Part shown: positions 1 to 9,923 of the stretch, one piece after another
Layout of the letters: each line of letters opens with the position of its first letter
How positions within the stretch are numbered: the stretch's first letter is position 1
Assembly (NCBI GenBank): GCA_963827235.1
Contig: CAWHAE010000012.1
Span: 512,001 to 576,000, forward strand
Source of the DNA: an uncultured bacterium
GTDB lineage: Bacteria > Chloroflexota > UBA5177 > JANWHV01
Length of the DNA stretch: 64,000 nucleotides
Reading direction: 5' to 3'
Notes under the pieces: generated by a model
What the model was told of the DNA's origin: nothing
Databases searched by the model: none
What the model saw: the letters and a program-made list of their open reading frames with translations, nothing else
Made by a program: the position numbers and the translations under genes

Positions 1-2806
1 CGCCAGCCTTGGCCCAGGGATCGGAATTGGATTGGGACGCTACTCGAGCGCTGACGCTGCCGTCGCCGTTCAAGGTCTGCCAATCGAAATGGAACTGGTC
101 ACTCTGCCCCCAGATGTCTCCGCCCGCACCCTGCACCGTCCAGGTGCTGCCGCTCACGGTGTCGCCGCCCTGCGTGTTGGGCCCTCCGATGTCCGCGCAG
201 GTCCAGCTCGATGGGCAGAAGAGCGGCGTGGTGGGCGTGATGGAGACGGCGCTGAACTGCGCACTGCCGAGCGCACCGGTGTTGTGCGAGGTGACCGCCA
301 TGCCGGCCAGCAACGTGCCGGGGAAGCTGGCGATCTGCTGACTGGGCCCGAGGGATGTCCAGGTAGTGCCGTTTGTGGATGTGTACGACGTAAACACGGA
401 GCCGACGCGGCTGACCTTCAGGTAGATGGGCACCGCGCCGCCAACAGCGTCCAGGCCGAGCGTGTTGAACGAGCCGTTTGAGCGGTAGAGCGCCACGACG
501 CCATTGCCCGGCGTCACCACCACGCCGTAGAACGGCGAGTTGGCCGCCGTGCTCTGGCGGAGTATGATGCCCGCTTCCGCGTTCGGGTCGGTAGAAGCCT
601 GACTGCTGACTTTGGCGATTACCGTACCGTCGCCGCTCAGGCTTTGCCACACGAAGTGGAACTGGTCGGTCTGATTCGCCACGTACGTGCCGGCACCCTG
701 GATCGTCCAGGTACCGCCGCTCAGCGACTGGCTGCCCACCAGAGTGGGATTACCGACGTCACTGCAGCTCCAGCCGCTGGGACACGTGCCGCCAGAAGCC
801 GGAGCAGGCACGTTCGTGGGGGCTCCGTCGGTAACCTGGCTGAACGTGGCCGTGGCGGTAGCGCCGTTTGCTCCCAATCCGGCCGCGGCGGAGAGCCCCG
901 CCATGACCGTGGCAGGCATGGCCACGGTTTCGGTCGTCCCCGGCACCAGCGCGTAACTGGAGCCGTCGGTAGACGTGGCGGCGGAGAGCAGGTCGCCCTG
1001 GCGCTGTATCTCGATATAGAGGGGCGCGGACCTGGCCTGCTGGCTCACGGTCGCCGGAGCTGCGCCGGGGGTGGCTCGATATTGCACCACCAGTGAGCCG
1101 GATGCCGTCAGCGACACGGCGTAGAACGGCGATGCAGGGCTCGCTCCCTGGCGCACGATGAGCCCGGCCGACCCGTTGCTCGTTCCGGTCGGCAGGGAGG
1201 GTATCCTGGCGTTCACCTGCGTGTCGCCGGCGATCGACTGCGTCATCAGCCGGAAGGAGTCCGAAGTGCCGGCAAGGCCGCCGCCTCCCGCCTTGACCGT
1301 CCACGTACCGCCGGCTACCGTCTCGGAGCCGGCCGGAGATGGGGAGCCGATATCCTGGCAGGTCCAGGCGGCTGGGCAGTTGGCGTCGGCCGGCGGCGTA
1401 GGCAGCGAGGTGCTGGGCAGGCCGAAAGCGTAGACGTTGTGGTCGGTGCCGCCGACCACGATCTGGCCGTTGGCGACCACTGGTGGGCCGTAAAACGGCG
1501 CGGCCGTGGTGTAGCTGTACAGCCTGGTTCCCGTGCTCGCGTTGAGCACCTCTAGCGTGGGCCCCTCGCCATCCACGATAAACCCGTTGGCGTAGGCTAT
1601 GGCGGGCACGATGGGATACGCGGTTGGGTGCTGCCACTCGATGGCTCCGTTGGCCGGGTTGACGGCGCTCACGGCGCCGCCGTAGCCCAACCCGTTTACC
1701 ACGGCATTGCCGCTCGCCTGGTAAATCGTGCCGTTTGCGAACGCGGCGCTGGACACGGTTCCATCGCCTGCCGACGGGTTGGCCCCGCCGGGGTCGAGCC
1801 GGTCTTCCCAGGTTGGTCCGGCGGCCAGGTTAATGGCAGTGGTGGCACTCACCGGCTGGGCAAAGGCGTACAGGTAGCCGTTCTTGTTCATGGCCACCAC
1901 GAGTCGATGCCCTGTGCTGTCGGTCACGATCATCGGCGTGGTGCCGAAATCCGCGTCGGTAAGGGCCTGATCCTCTGGGATCTGCCAGGCGCTCTCGACC
2001 GCCAGGTTCGTCGCCGAGAGTGCTACCACGGCCTGCGACATGGTCTGGTCGGTAGCGAACTTGGTGCCTGTCGTGACGTAGATGGTGTTCGTGGCGGCGT
2101 CGTAGGTCGGCGACGTCCACACGCCGCCGCCCAGCTCGCCGTTCGGCACGAGGCTCGCAGTTGCCACGACCGAGTGCAGAGTCAGGTCCACTTTGAGCAG
2201 CTGTCCCTGCACGAGCGGGCAGTCGCCGAAGCTGGCGATGCCGACGTAGGCGTAGTTGCCCACGATCAGCGGCGAGGCCCAGTCGTAGTGTCCGCCGGCG
2301 GCGCTGCCGTCTCCGGTATTGATCGTCCACAGAATACTGCCGGTGCTGGCGTTGAGGGCGTAGAAGTAGGTGTTCGCGCCGCCCTGGTAGTCGCCGCCTC
2401 CGACGTAGACGACGCTTCCGACCACGGCGGCACCCGACGTGATGCCCGCCGAAGGTGGGTTGCAGTTGGAATACGGGCCCGTGGTGCCGAGGAAGGTCTT
2501 CCACTCGAGCGCCCCGGTGGCGGCGTTGAGTGCGTACTCATAGCCGTCCCACGATCCGACGTAGACCGTACTGCCCACGACAGTGGGCGAAGCCGCGATC
2601 ATGCCGCCCGTCTTGTAGGCCCAGTGTTCGACCAGCTGGGCGGCATTGGCAGTAGAGAGAGTCGTTTCGTCGGCACTGGACGCGCTGCGGCCGGTGTCGT
2701 GCAGATAAGTGGGCCAGTCACCCGCTGTGGTCAGGAGCGGCGTGGCGAGCATGACGACTGCAGCCAACGCGCGTCTACAAAGCTGGAAACGACTCGAACA
2801 CTGCAT
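1..2806 (-). CDS. Large secreted protein: PQQ/BamB-like beta-propeller plus at least 3 tandem ~190-aa beta-sandwich (ConA/lectin-like) modules; runs off the window
   Basis: Manual translation from ATG 2806 (GGAG upstream): MQCSSRFQLCRRALAAVVMLATPLLTTAGDWPTYLHDTGRS...SPTVVGSTVYVGSWDGYEYALNAATGALEW. Modules start CPAAWTCQDIG, CPSGWSCSDVG, CPSSWTCADIG. The frame is open to position 2, so it is absent from the ORF track. Confidence 0.85.
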   Translation of the reverse strand, partial: MQCSSRFQLCRRALAAVVMLATPLLTTAGDWPTYLHDTGRSASSADETTLSTANAAQLVEHWAYKTGGMIAASPTVVGSTVYVGSWDGYEYALNAATGALEWKTFLGTTGPYSNCNPPSAGITSGAAVVGSVVYVGGGDYQGGANTYFYALNASTGSILWTINTGDGSAAGGHYDWASPLIVGNYAYVGIASFGDCPLVQGQLLKVDLTLHSVVATASLVPNGELGGGVWTSPTYDAATNTIYVTTGTKFATDQTMSQAVVALSATNLAVESAWQIPEDQALTDADFGTTPMIVTDSTGHRLVVAMNKNGYLYAFAQPVSATTAINLAAGPTWEDRLDPGGANPSAGDGTVSSAAFANGTIYQASGNAVVNGLGYGGAVSAVNPANGAIEWQHPTAYPIVPAIAYANGFIVDGEGPTLEVLNASTGTRLYSYTTAAPFYGPPVVANGQIVVGGTDHNVYAFGLPSTSLPTPPADANCPAAWTCQDIGSPSPAGSETVAGGTWTVKAGGGGLAGTSDSFRLMTQSIAGDTQVNARIPSLPTGTSNGSAGLIVRQGASPASPFYAVSLTASGSLVVQYRATPGAAPATVSQQARSAPLYIEIQRQGDLLSAATSTDGSSYALVPGTTETVAMPATVMAGLSAAAGLGANGATATATFSQVTDGAPTNVPAPASGGTCPSGWSCSDVGNPTLVGSQSLSGGTWTIQGAGTYVANQTDQFHFVWQSLSGDGTVIAKVSSQASTDPNAEAGIILRQSTAANSPFYGVVVTPGNGVVALYRSNGSFNTLGLDAVGGAVPIYLKVSRVGSVFTSYTSTNGTTWTSLGPSQQIASFPGTLLAGMAVTSHNTGALGSAQFSAVSITPTTPLFCPSSWTCADIGGPNTQGGDTVSGSTWTVQGAGGDIWGQSDQFHFDWQTLNGDGSVSARVASQSNSDPWAKAG

Positions 2807-2998
2807 GATTAACTCCATCGCAAATCGTGGTGGTCGCGCTCATCGTCACCGCGCACCTGCGGCACGGGCGGCGCACCTTACGAGCACTAACGCACAGGCA
2901 GCCGGCGCGACGCGCCGGCGACTGCATGTGTAGCGCCTCACTGGGCGCGCCTCTCGCGGGATGGCGAGAGATCCTCCTCATCGTCTAGAATGCCGGCT

Positions 2999-4624
2999 CT
3001 ACGGGCTTGCTGCTCCTTTGCGCCGATAGACCTCGTATCCGGATGCCGAGAATGCCAGGGCATAGTGTCGCTGCAAGTACGGAGTACCCCACAGTGCGGC
3101 GTCGACGGCGTCCGTCGAGTACCGCCCCTCCAGGACGATCCACTCGGCGAAGTGGGCCGGGTTGGCCAGCGCGGCGGTCTGCTGCGGGCCGATCAGGAAG
3201 TACTGGCCCATGTCGATGCCGGCGACCATGATGAACTGCGAGTGGGCGTCGTTATAGAGAATGCCGCCTCCCCGGTAATGCGCGTGCAGCCAGTGGGCCG
3301 CTGCCGTCGGCGCACTCGCCGCGGACGTCTGGTCCAGCCCATCTGCGATCGTCACCACTCGCGTCGGCCAACCGGGTGCCCACAGGGCCGCCTGGACCAC
3401 CAGCAGCACGGCCAGGACCGCGCCGGTGAGCGCCAAGCGATAGCGCCGGATGAGGAAGTCGGCCGCATATCCGCACATGAACGCCGCAGCCGGCAGTACG
3501 ACCATGCCGTACCGCGTGTTGAAGTATCCGGCCGGATGAGTGAGAGGCGTTTCGATGATTGTCTGGCCCAGGTAGAGCGCGATCACGTTGAACATGTAGG
3601 CCGCGAAGTAGGAGTAGACGGCGAACGACCGCGGCCGCAGCCTGTTCTCGGCCACATAGATGATCAGACCTGCCAGGCCCACCACGGTGACGATACTGCC
3701 GAGATCCAGCAGAGCGGCTCCGCTGTAGGCCCGGATCGCCACCAGCAAGTGTCCCTTCGTGGGCAGCAGCCCCGCGGCAGCGTACTGGGTCTGCTGGTAG
3801 GCCGCCGAGTACTTGCCGTGCTGGAATGCCAGCGGATCACCGAAGATGAGCCAGTTGTAGAACACCCACGAACACATGGCAAACACCGGCAGAGCCAGGT
3901 ATGCCAGTGTCGTACCCTCAGTGCGGTCTACATCACGCCATCGCAGATGGGTCGTGAGCAATACCAGTCCACCGCAGGCGACGGTGAAGAACCAGCCGTC
4001 ATACCGGCTGCCCACGGCCAGAGAAGCGAAGAGAGCCGCCTTGACAAGGTCTGCGTTCGAGTCCAGAAGGCTCCAGCGAACCAGAAAGTACGTTGACGAC
4101 ATCAGAGCCATGAGCAGCACGGGCTCGGTCAACGCGGTCGTCTGCAGGTACAGCACGTTGGGGTTGGTGACGAATACCAAGAGGGCCACCCAGGCCGCGG
4201 CCTGATGCCGGACTACCAGTCGCGTCGTCTGGAACAGCATCGTGGCCGCTACGACAAAGCAGAGCAGTCCGACGAAGCTGCCCGCCAGTCCGTCGCGCCA
4301 CAACGTCGAGTTGGCGGCGAACGGGGCCATCAGAACGTGCGGCAGCGGCAGCCACACGGTGCCGAGCTGCGCCACGCCGGGAGTGCGATTATCGAGCACG
4401 CGGCGGGCGATGTTCAGGTGCGAGATCGCGTCGCTGTAGATGAGGATCCAGTTGTTCCCGAGGGACCACGCAAGCGCTATCAGGCCGGCAAGCGTGGCAA
4501 CCATGCCGGCCAAGAGCGCCGGCAGATCCCAGACGGCGCCGTCGACTCGCGCTAGCGAGCGCCGTGCTATGGTCGGCGCGGCGACTCGACGCGCTCCCAG
4601 GACAGCTGAGGCTGCCGTACTCAT
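2999..4624 (-). CDS. GT-C fold (GT39/PMT-like) polytopic membrane glycosyltransferase
   Basis: 541 aa with many TM segments; first-loop motif YSDAISHLNIARR...QLGTVWLPLPH; TALTEP and SRYDGW motifs. Confidence 0.75.
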   Translation of the reverse strand: MSTAASAVLGARRVAAPTIARRSLARVDGAVWDLPALLAGMVATLAGLIALAWSLGNNWILIYSDAISHLNIARRVLDNRTPGVAQLGTVWLPLPHVLMAPFAANSTLWRDGLAGSFVGLLCFVVAATMLFQTTRLVVRHQAAAWVALLVFVTNPNVLYLQTTALTEPVLLMALMSSTYFLVRWSLLDSNADLVKAALFASLAVGSRYDGWFFTVACGGLVLLTTHLRWRDVDRTEGTTLAYLALPVFAMCSWVFYNWLIFGDPLAFQHGKYSAAYQQTQYAAAGLLPTKGHLLVAIRAYSGAALLDLGSIVTVVGLAGLIIYVAENRLRPRSFAVYSYFAAYMFNVIALYLGQTIIETPLTHPAGYFNTRYGMVVLPAAAFMCGYAADFLIRRYRLALTGAVLAVLLVVQAALWAPGWPTRVVTIADGLDQTSAASAPTAAAHWLHAHYRGGGILYNDAHSQFIMVAGIDMGQYFLIGPQQTAALANPAHFAEWIVLEGRYSTDAVDAALWGTPYLQRHYALAFSASGYEVYRRKGAASP

Positions 4625-5220
4625 TCTTTATCCGACCCCATCACTGGTGATATCTCCGTCTGTCAGATCGGCAAGCAGACACGGCGCGAGCCGCGGTCAG
4701 CCGAGGCAAGGCTGCTCCACAGTGCGGAGTCGCGATCACTGCCTTCCACCGCCGGTGACCGTCTCACCGGCACTCGCAGGGACAGGGCAACCCGGAGGCC
4801 CTGCATCACGCCGATAGTATCGATCGTAGCGGTCCAGGCAATCACCTCGAAACACCCAATCGGTATACGAATCTGCATCCACATGCATATGGCCACTTTC
4901 CAAGCTTGAGGTGGCACGAATTGCACGGTCAACCGGCCACGATGCGGCAGAGCCCGCGCCCGATCGTCATTCGTTGAGCAGTTGCGGCAGATTGGCGGGC
5001 CGCTGCTGTATCGTCCGCGACGGGACGGCCAATTGGGCTAGCCCCATGGTACGGGGCACGTTTGGGTCCTTGCCGGACTCGACGGGTGTGCTCTATAGTG
5101 CCGATGTTGCAAGCAACACTCATGGTGGTGGGGCATCCATCACCAGGTGCAATCAGGCACGTGATTGTCGAGTAGCCGCCGCAGGCGGCCGGCCCGGCGC
5201 GGTGCCCCCAGATCCAGGTC

Positions 5221-5292
5221 GACAAGGGCAAACCCGTCGCGAGGCGGGGGCGCAAAGCCATGGGGCTCCTAGAGCTTGCCAGGTTGCCGAAG
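5221..5292 (+). ncRNA. c-di-GMP-I (GEMM) riboswitch
   Basis: GACAAGGGCAAACCCGTC-GCGA-GGCGGGGGCGCAAAGCCATGGGGCTC-CTA-GAGCTTGCCAGGTTGCCGAAG matches the GEMM-I pattern GGGCAAACC..GNRA..GG.CGCAAAGCC....GGTT.CCGA. Lies ~50 nt before the start of the next gene. Confidence 0.9.
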
Positions 5293-5344
5293 CGGTGATC
5301 GATCACGGCGAGACTCATGCTCCATGGGACAAGGAGTGAGAGTC

Positions 5345-8050
5345 TTGATCAAGCCCATCTCGTTGTTGCTGCTGGCGGTGGCCCTCAGCGTTCCGCCTGC
5401 CGTGGTGCTGCCAACTACCTTCTCCCCTACGCCGAGCGTCCGCGCCGCCTCGAGCGGCAGCTGGTCTGTGCGCGACATGGGCATGACGGCGATGACCCAC
5501 GACACGGTCTGCAACCAGGCGAGCCAGGCCACCATGACCCGGCTGGTCAGCTACATTCCGCAGTTCCATGCCAACTTCGCGTCGGACGACGTGCCGCTGG
5601 ACGATGCCTCCGGCTACACCTGCACGCCGAAGCCACTCTCGCCGTACGCTTACATGAAGGCTTGGGCTGCCACCATGCACGCCGCCGGCCTGCACGTCCT
5701 CTACCGCGGCAACTGGAACAAATGGGCAGGCGACTACGGCATGTCCAAGTTCTCCTACAGCACCAGCCCTGCCATTCCCTACGAGGGTAGCGGCGGTCTG
5801 TCGGCCGTTCTGTCGGGCCAGGACACCACCTCGTACATGGGCATGACCTACCAGTGGATTCTGAACCACGCCGACGTCTTCCAGAACGGCGACATCTTCG
5901 AGCCATTCGGCGAGCCGCAGAACAACGGCATCGCCAATTGCGCTGCCCAAGGGGGATACGGGAGCTGCTACGGCACCAGTGCCAACAACTGCCCCAACAG
6001 CATCTGCCAATTCCCGGACGTGCCCAGCTTCAATCGCTGGCTGAGCGACTCAGCGCAGGCCGAGCAGGCCGCCTTCCAGAAGATCGGCAAGCAGGTGACT
6101 TCCGGCTGGTTCGGCGTCGCCGCCGATACCTACAAGTACGCGCCGGCGGCTACCTGGCAATACGCCGGCCAATACAACATGGACCACTTCGCCCAGAGCT
6201 ACTCCAGCTGGACGGGCGGCATCACGAGCAGCCACGGCGCGGTGCCGAGCCTGCCGATCACCTTGGAGTGGGGCGACGTGAACAACGCCGACAACACGGC
6301 GCAGATGGTCGCCAGCACGACCGACCAGTACATGTCATACGCGGCCACGTTGCCATACATCACCGGCTTCGAGTATTGGTATGAGACCGGCCAGGGTAAC
6401 GGTGCACAGTCCGCGGCCGTCGACTACAACACCGGGGCCATGACGCCGGCCGGGCAGGTCGTGGCCAAGTGGTTCGCCGCCATGTCGGGCGGCTCCTCCA
6501 CGTCGCCCACGGCGACGAACACGCCCGTGCCGCCCACCAAGACGGCGGTACCGCCGACTGCTACGACCGTGCCTCCCACCAAGACACCGGTGCCGCCTTC
6601 CGGTACGACCGTGCCGCCAAGCAATACCGTGGTGCCGCCGACCGCTACAACGGTGAGCACGAGCGGCCATATCACCTTCGCCCAGGGCGCCACGCGCCTG
6701 GGAGCGGGCACCAGCCTGGCGACCAGTCTTCGCAGCTCCGTGGCCGCCGGCGACCTGCTGGTGGGCGTCTTCCGTACCCAGAACAGTCCCAAGGTGAGCG
6801 ACAGTCTGAACGGCGCCTGGACGCAGGCGGCGAGCTGCGGCGTGGTCTCGCTGTGGTACGCCGCCAACGCCAAGCCGGGACTGACCACGGTAACGGTAAC
6901 GGGCAGCAGCGGGCAGCTGCGGGCCAGCGTGGCAGAGTACGCGGGTGCGGCCACGGTCGCTCCGCTGGACGCCACTGCCTGTGGGCAGGGCACGGCGGCC
7001 ACGGTGTCGGTGGCCGGTGCCAACGCCGCATCCGGCGAGCTCGTGGTGGCTGGCGTGGGCACGGGCAGCAATCCGCTGACGGTTGCCGCGGGCCCGATCG
7101 GCGGACTGGGAGCCACGCTGCGCACGCAGGGCACCGGCGCGTACGGCACTGCGGCGCTGGAAGACGTGACGGCCACCAACGCGGGTGCGCAGACGGCAAC
7201 GATGACCATGAGCGCACCCGGTGGCTGGACTGCCGCCATGGCCACTTTCAAGCGAGGTACGAGCACCACCTCGCCGATAGCAGCGAGCACGCCTATCCCG
7301 GCCACGAGCACACCGATCCCACCGACCAACACCGCCGTGCCTCCGACCAACACCACCGTGCCACCGACCAGCACGGCCCTACCGCCAACCAGCACGGCTG
7401 TGCCACCGACCAGCGCCGCGGTGCCGCCGACCGCTACAACGGTGAGCACGAGCGGCCATATCACCTTCGCCCAGGGCGCCACACTCCTGGGCGCGGGCAC
7501 CAGCCTGGCCTTCAGTCTTCCCGGTTCCGTGGCCGCCGGTGACCTGCTGGTGGGCGTCTTCCGTACCGAGAACAGTCCCAAGGTGAGCGACAGTCTGAAC
7601 GGCGCCTGGACGCAGGCGGCGAGCTGCGGCGTGGTCTCGCTGTGGTACGCCGCCAACGCCAAGCCGGGACTGACCACGGTAACGGTAACGGGCAGCAGCG
7701 GGCAGCTGCGGGCCAGCGTGGCAGAGTACGCGGGTGCGGCCACGGTCGCTCCGCTGGACGCCACTGCCTGTGGGCAGGGCACGGCGGCCACGGTGTCGGT
7801 GGCCGGTGCCAACGCCGCATCCGGCGAGCTCGTGGTGGCTGGCGTGGGCACGGGCAGCAATCCGCTGACGGTTGCCGCGGGCCCGATCGGCGGACTGGGA
7901 GCCACGCTGCGCACGCAGGGCACCGGCGCGTACGGCACTGCGGCGCTGGAAGACGTGACGGCCACCAACGCGGGTGCGCAGACGGCAACGATGACCATGA
8001 GCGCACCCGGTGGCTGGACTGCCGCCATGGCCACTTTCAAGCACCGGTAA
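5345..8050 (+). CDS. Secreted clan GH-A-like (TIM-barrel) glycoside hydrolase with Pro/Thr linkers and two copies of a ~200-aa Ala/Gly/Thr-rich beta domain
   Basis: AAGGAG RBS at 5331-5336 then TTG 5345; signal peptide; candidate catalytic Glu in DIFEPFGEP and PITLEWGD; GFEYW near the domain end; VPPT repeats. Confidence 0.7.
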   Translation: MIKPISLLLLAVALSVPPAVVLPTTFSPTPSVRAASSGSWSVRDMGMTAMTHDTVCNQASQATMTRLVSYIPQFHANFASDDVPLDDASGYTCTPKPLSPYAYMKAWAATMHAAGLHVLYRGNWNKWAGDYGMSKFSYSTSPAIPYEGSGGLSAVLSGQDTTSYMGMTYQWILNHADVFQNGDIFEPFGEPQNNGIANCAAQGGYGSCYGTSANNCPNSICQFPDVPSFNRWLSDSAQAEQAAFQKIGKQVTSGWFGVAADTYKYAPAATWQYAGQYNMDHFAQSYSSWTGGITSSHGAVPSLPITLEWGDVNNADNTAQMVASTTDQYMSYAATLPYITGFEYWYETGQGNGAQSAAVDYNTGAMTPAGQVVAKWFAAMSGGSSTSPTATNTPVPPTKTAVPPTATTVPPTKTPVPPSGTTVPPSNTVVPPTATTVSTSGHITFAQGATRLGAGTSLATSLRSSVAAGDLLVGVFRTQNSPKVSDSLNGAWTQAASCGVVSLWYAANAKPGLTTVTVTGSSGQLRASVAEYAGAATVAPLDATACGQGTAATVSVAGANAASGELVVAGVGTGSNPLTVAAGPIGGLGATLRTQGTGAYGTAALEDVTATNAGAQTATMTMSAPGGWTAAMATFKRGTSTTSPIAASTPIPATSTPIPPTNTAVPPTNTTVPPTSTALPPTSTAVPPTSAAVPPTATTVSTSGHITFAQGATLLGAGTSLAFSLPGSVAAGDLLVGVFRTENSPKVSDSLNGAWTQAASCGVVSLWYAANAKPGLTTVTVTGSSGQLRASVAEYAGAATVAPLDATACGQGTAATVSVAGANAASGELVVAGVGTGSNPLTVAAGPIGGLGATLRTQGTGAYGTAALEDVTATNAGAQTATMTMSAPGGWTAAMATFKHR
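6631..7253 (+). repeat. Intragenic direct repeat, copy 1 (623 bp)
   Basis: Matches 7420..8042 (offset 789); 11 mismatches counted, all within 6694-6779. Confidence 0.95.
7420..8042 (+). repeat. Intragenic direct repeat, copy 2 (623 bp)
   Basis: Matches 6631..7253; alternative-frame ORF translations of the two copies are identical over the distal part. Confidence 0.95.
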
Positions 8051-8091
8051 TGCGCCAATGCCGGGCCGGGGCGCAACCCGGCCGTGTGTAA

Positions 8092-8142
8092 GCACAGCGC
8101 TGAGCGGGACCGCTTCAGAAGCGGTCCCGCTCAGCGCTGTGC
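8092..8142. terminator. Perfect 25-bp inverted repeat with 1-nt centre; probable bidirectional terminator
   Basis: GCACAGCGCTGAGCGGGACCGCTTC-A-GAAGCGGTCCCGCTCAGCGCTGTGC between convergent genes; no U-tract. Confidence 0.6.
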
Positions 8143-8332
8143 ACGCGGTGTCGGGAGAGCGGCGACATGTGCCCAGGACCGCTGCCGGACTCTTCGGACT
8201 GTTCGGCTCGCGGCCTCAGCTTGTGGGCCTCTCCATGCGATCGAGAAGGAGATCGGTGGGGAGCTACCCGGGTTTGCTTGCCGAGCCGTGACGGATGAGA
8301 TCCTGCCGGCCAGGCTCGTAGTGAGGGCGAGG

Positions 8333-8968
8333 TCACTTCCCGATCGATAAGGCCTCGAGCAAGTATTCCCGGTCTCTTTCTTCGGGGCCGAGCTCACGAA
8401 TCACCCGTGCGGGATTGCCGGCTACGATCGTCCAGGCCGGAACATCTTTTGTGACTATGCTTCCGGCCGCCACGATGGCTCCTCGTCCGATGTGCACGCC
8501 CTTCAGAATCGCGGACTTGAAGCCTATCCAGACATCGTCCTCGATCACGATCGGGGAAGACTTCACACGGGACACGTCGTAGCTGGTGCCCGCTACCTTA
8601 TCCCGCGCATCTCGCCTCCGCGCGGACCAGTCCATCGGGTGCGCGTTCGTATCGTGAATGTCGACGAGATGCGAGATGAGCACGTAGTCGCCGATGCTTA
8701 CGGACGACTGCGCCCAGATGCGGGTGCCCTCGGAAACGTAACAGAATGACCCTATGTGGATGCTGGCGCCGGGATTCCAGGTCTTCAGCCGGCCGTGGAT
8801 CACCGTTTCGGCACCTACTTGTATGGCCGACCGTTCGCCGGAAAGGTTGGTGATCTGAGCCTCCGGCTGGATCGTGGCAGACGCGGCAATCTCGGCTGCC
8901 TGCAGCACCTGCCTGCGCGCAGCCGCCCTGGTAATCGATCTCATCCAGCTCATACCATGAGTCAACAT
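8333..8968 (-). CDS. Hexapeptide-repeat (LbH) O-acetyltransferase, maltose/galactoside acetyltransferase-like
   Basis: PIVIEDDVWIGFKSAILKGVHIGRGAIVAAGSIVTKDVP...VAGNPARVIR; start uncertain (8968 or 8953). Confidence 0.85.
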   Translation of the reverse strand: MLTHGMSWMRSITRAAARRQVLQAAEIAASATIQPEAQITNLSGERSAIQVGAETVIHGRLKTWNPGASIHIGSFCYVSEGTRIWAQSSVSIGDYVLISHLVDIHDTNAHPMDWSARRRDARDKVAGTSYDVSRVKSSPIVIEDDVWIGFKSAILKGVHIGRGAIVAAGSIVTKDVPAWTIVAGNPARVIRELGPEERDREYLLEALSIGK

Positions 8969-9227
8969 TGGGCCAAGAAGGTCCTCGAGAAGGTGCGCTT
9001 TCGAGGACCTTCTTTCAGTTCGAACGAGATACGATCCAGCCATGCCGCACTTCCAGTACCGTCGACCGGCTCCCTCCGGAGCACCGCTCAACACCGGCCA
9101 CTCTGTGTGGCCGTTCAGGCCGCATCTCATATATACAGGGGCTGTGAAATCCGGGGCAGTGCCGGCAACGTGCTCGGGTCCGGCTCTCGGTGCCGGGCGC
9201 CGCCCTCGCTCGGTTGCTCCCGGAAGG

Positions 9228-9923
9228 CTACTCCTTCGCCTGCGGCAGATACGGTATCAGCGCGTGGGCGAGATTGGGTAGAGGCAGGGTCTGCAGCCAG
9301 ATGCGCCCTGGTCCCGTCAACCGCACCAGGAAGAAGTCGTCGCCGCCGAAGAAGATGTTCTTGATGCCCTTGATCGTGGTCATCTCGAACCGGACGCTCT
9401 CCTGGAAAAGGCCGACGTGCCCGGGATGGACGCGCAACGACTGGCCTGCCGCGAGGTCCATCACGATCATTTCGCCGGAGAGACTAACCCACGCCTCGGC
9501 ATTGCCTTCCAGTTTCTGCAGTATGAAGCCTTCGCCGCCGAAGATCCCGGCGCCGATCTTCTGTATCACCGGGCTTATCTGAATGCCCTGAGTAGCGGCA
9601 ATGAAGCCATGACGGTGCACCAGGTAGCCTGCACCCTGCTCCACGTGCAGGTCCACGATCATCCCGGGCAGCTTCGTGGCAAACGTCACCTGCCCTGCCT
9701 GCCCGCCGGCCGTGTACTCGGTCAAAAACAACGTGCCGCCGGTGAGCGTCCGCTTGATGGCTCCAAAGAAGCCCTTGTTGCCTGTGCCGGCGGACGTAGA
9801 GGTGCGCATGGTGATCGAATCGCTCATCCAGGACAGCTCGCCGCTTTCAGCGATCACTGTCTCCCCGCCGGCAAGCTGGATCTCCAACGCGGGCATAGTC
9901 GTGCCGAGGATCTTGTACTCCAC
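9228..9923 (-). CDS. AIM24 / TIGR00266 family protein
   Basis: YKILGTTMPALEIQL..GE.VIAESGELSWM, FGGEGFILQKLEG, LTGPGRIWLQTLP; GAGGAGG RBS before GTG 9923. Confidence 0.85.
   Translation of the reverse strand: MEYKILGTTMPALEIQLAGGETVIAESGELSWMSDSITMRTSTSAGTGNKGFFGAIKRTLTGGTLFLTEYTAGGQAGQVTFATKLPGMIVDLHVEQGAGYLVHRHGFIAATQGIQISPVIQKIGAGIFGGEGFILQKLEGNAEAWVSLSGEMIVMDLAAGQSLRVHPGHVGLFQESVRFEMTTIKGIKNIFFGGDDFFLVRLTGPGRIWLQTLPLPNLAHALIPYLPQAKE

Noticed and set aside
6500-6650. 21-nt periodic repeats (also ~7280-7440) as a CRISPR array
   Set aside because: They are degenerate, lack spacers and encode VPPTxTx linkers; no cas genes.
6631-8042. Diversity-generating retroelement TR/VR pair
   Set aside because: The 11 mismatches are not adenine-specific, both copies are in-frame domains of one gene, and no reverse transcriptase is present.
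6424-8076. 550-aa antisense ORF
   Set aside because: Shadow of the GC-rich plus-strand gene; no independent motifs.
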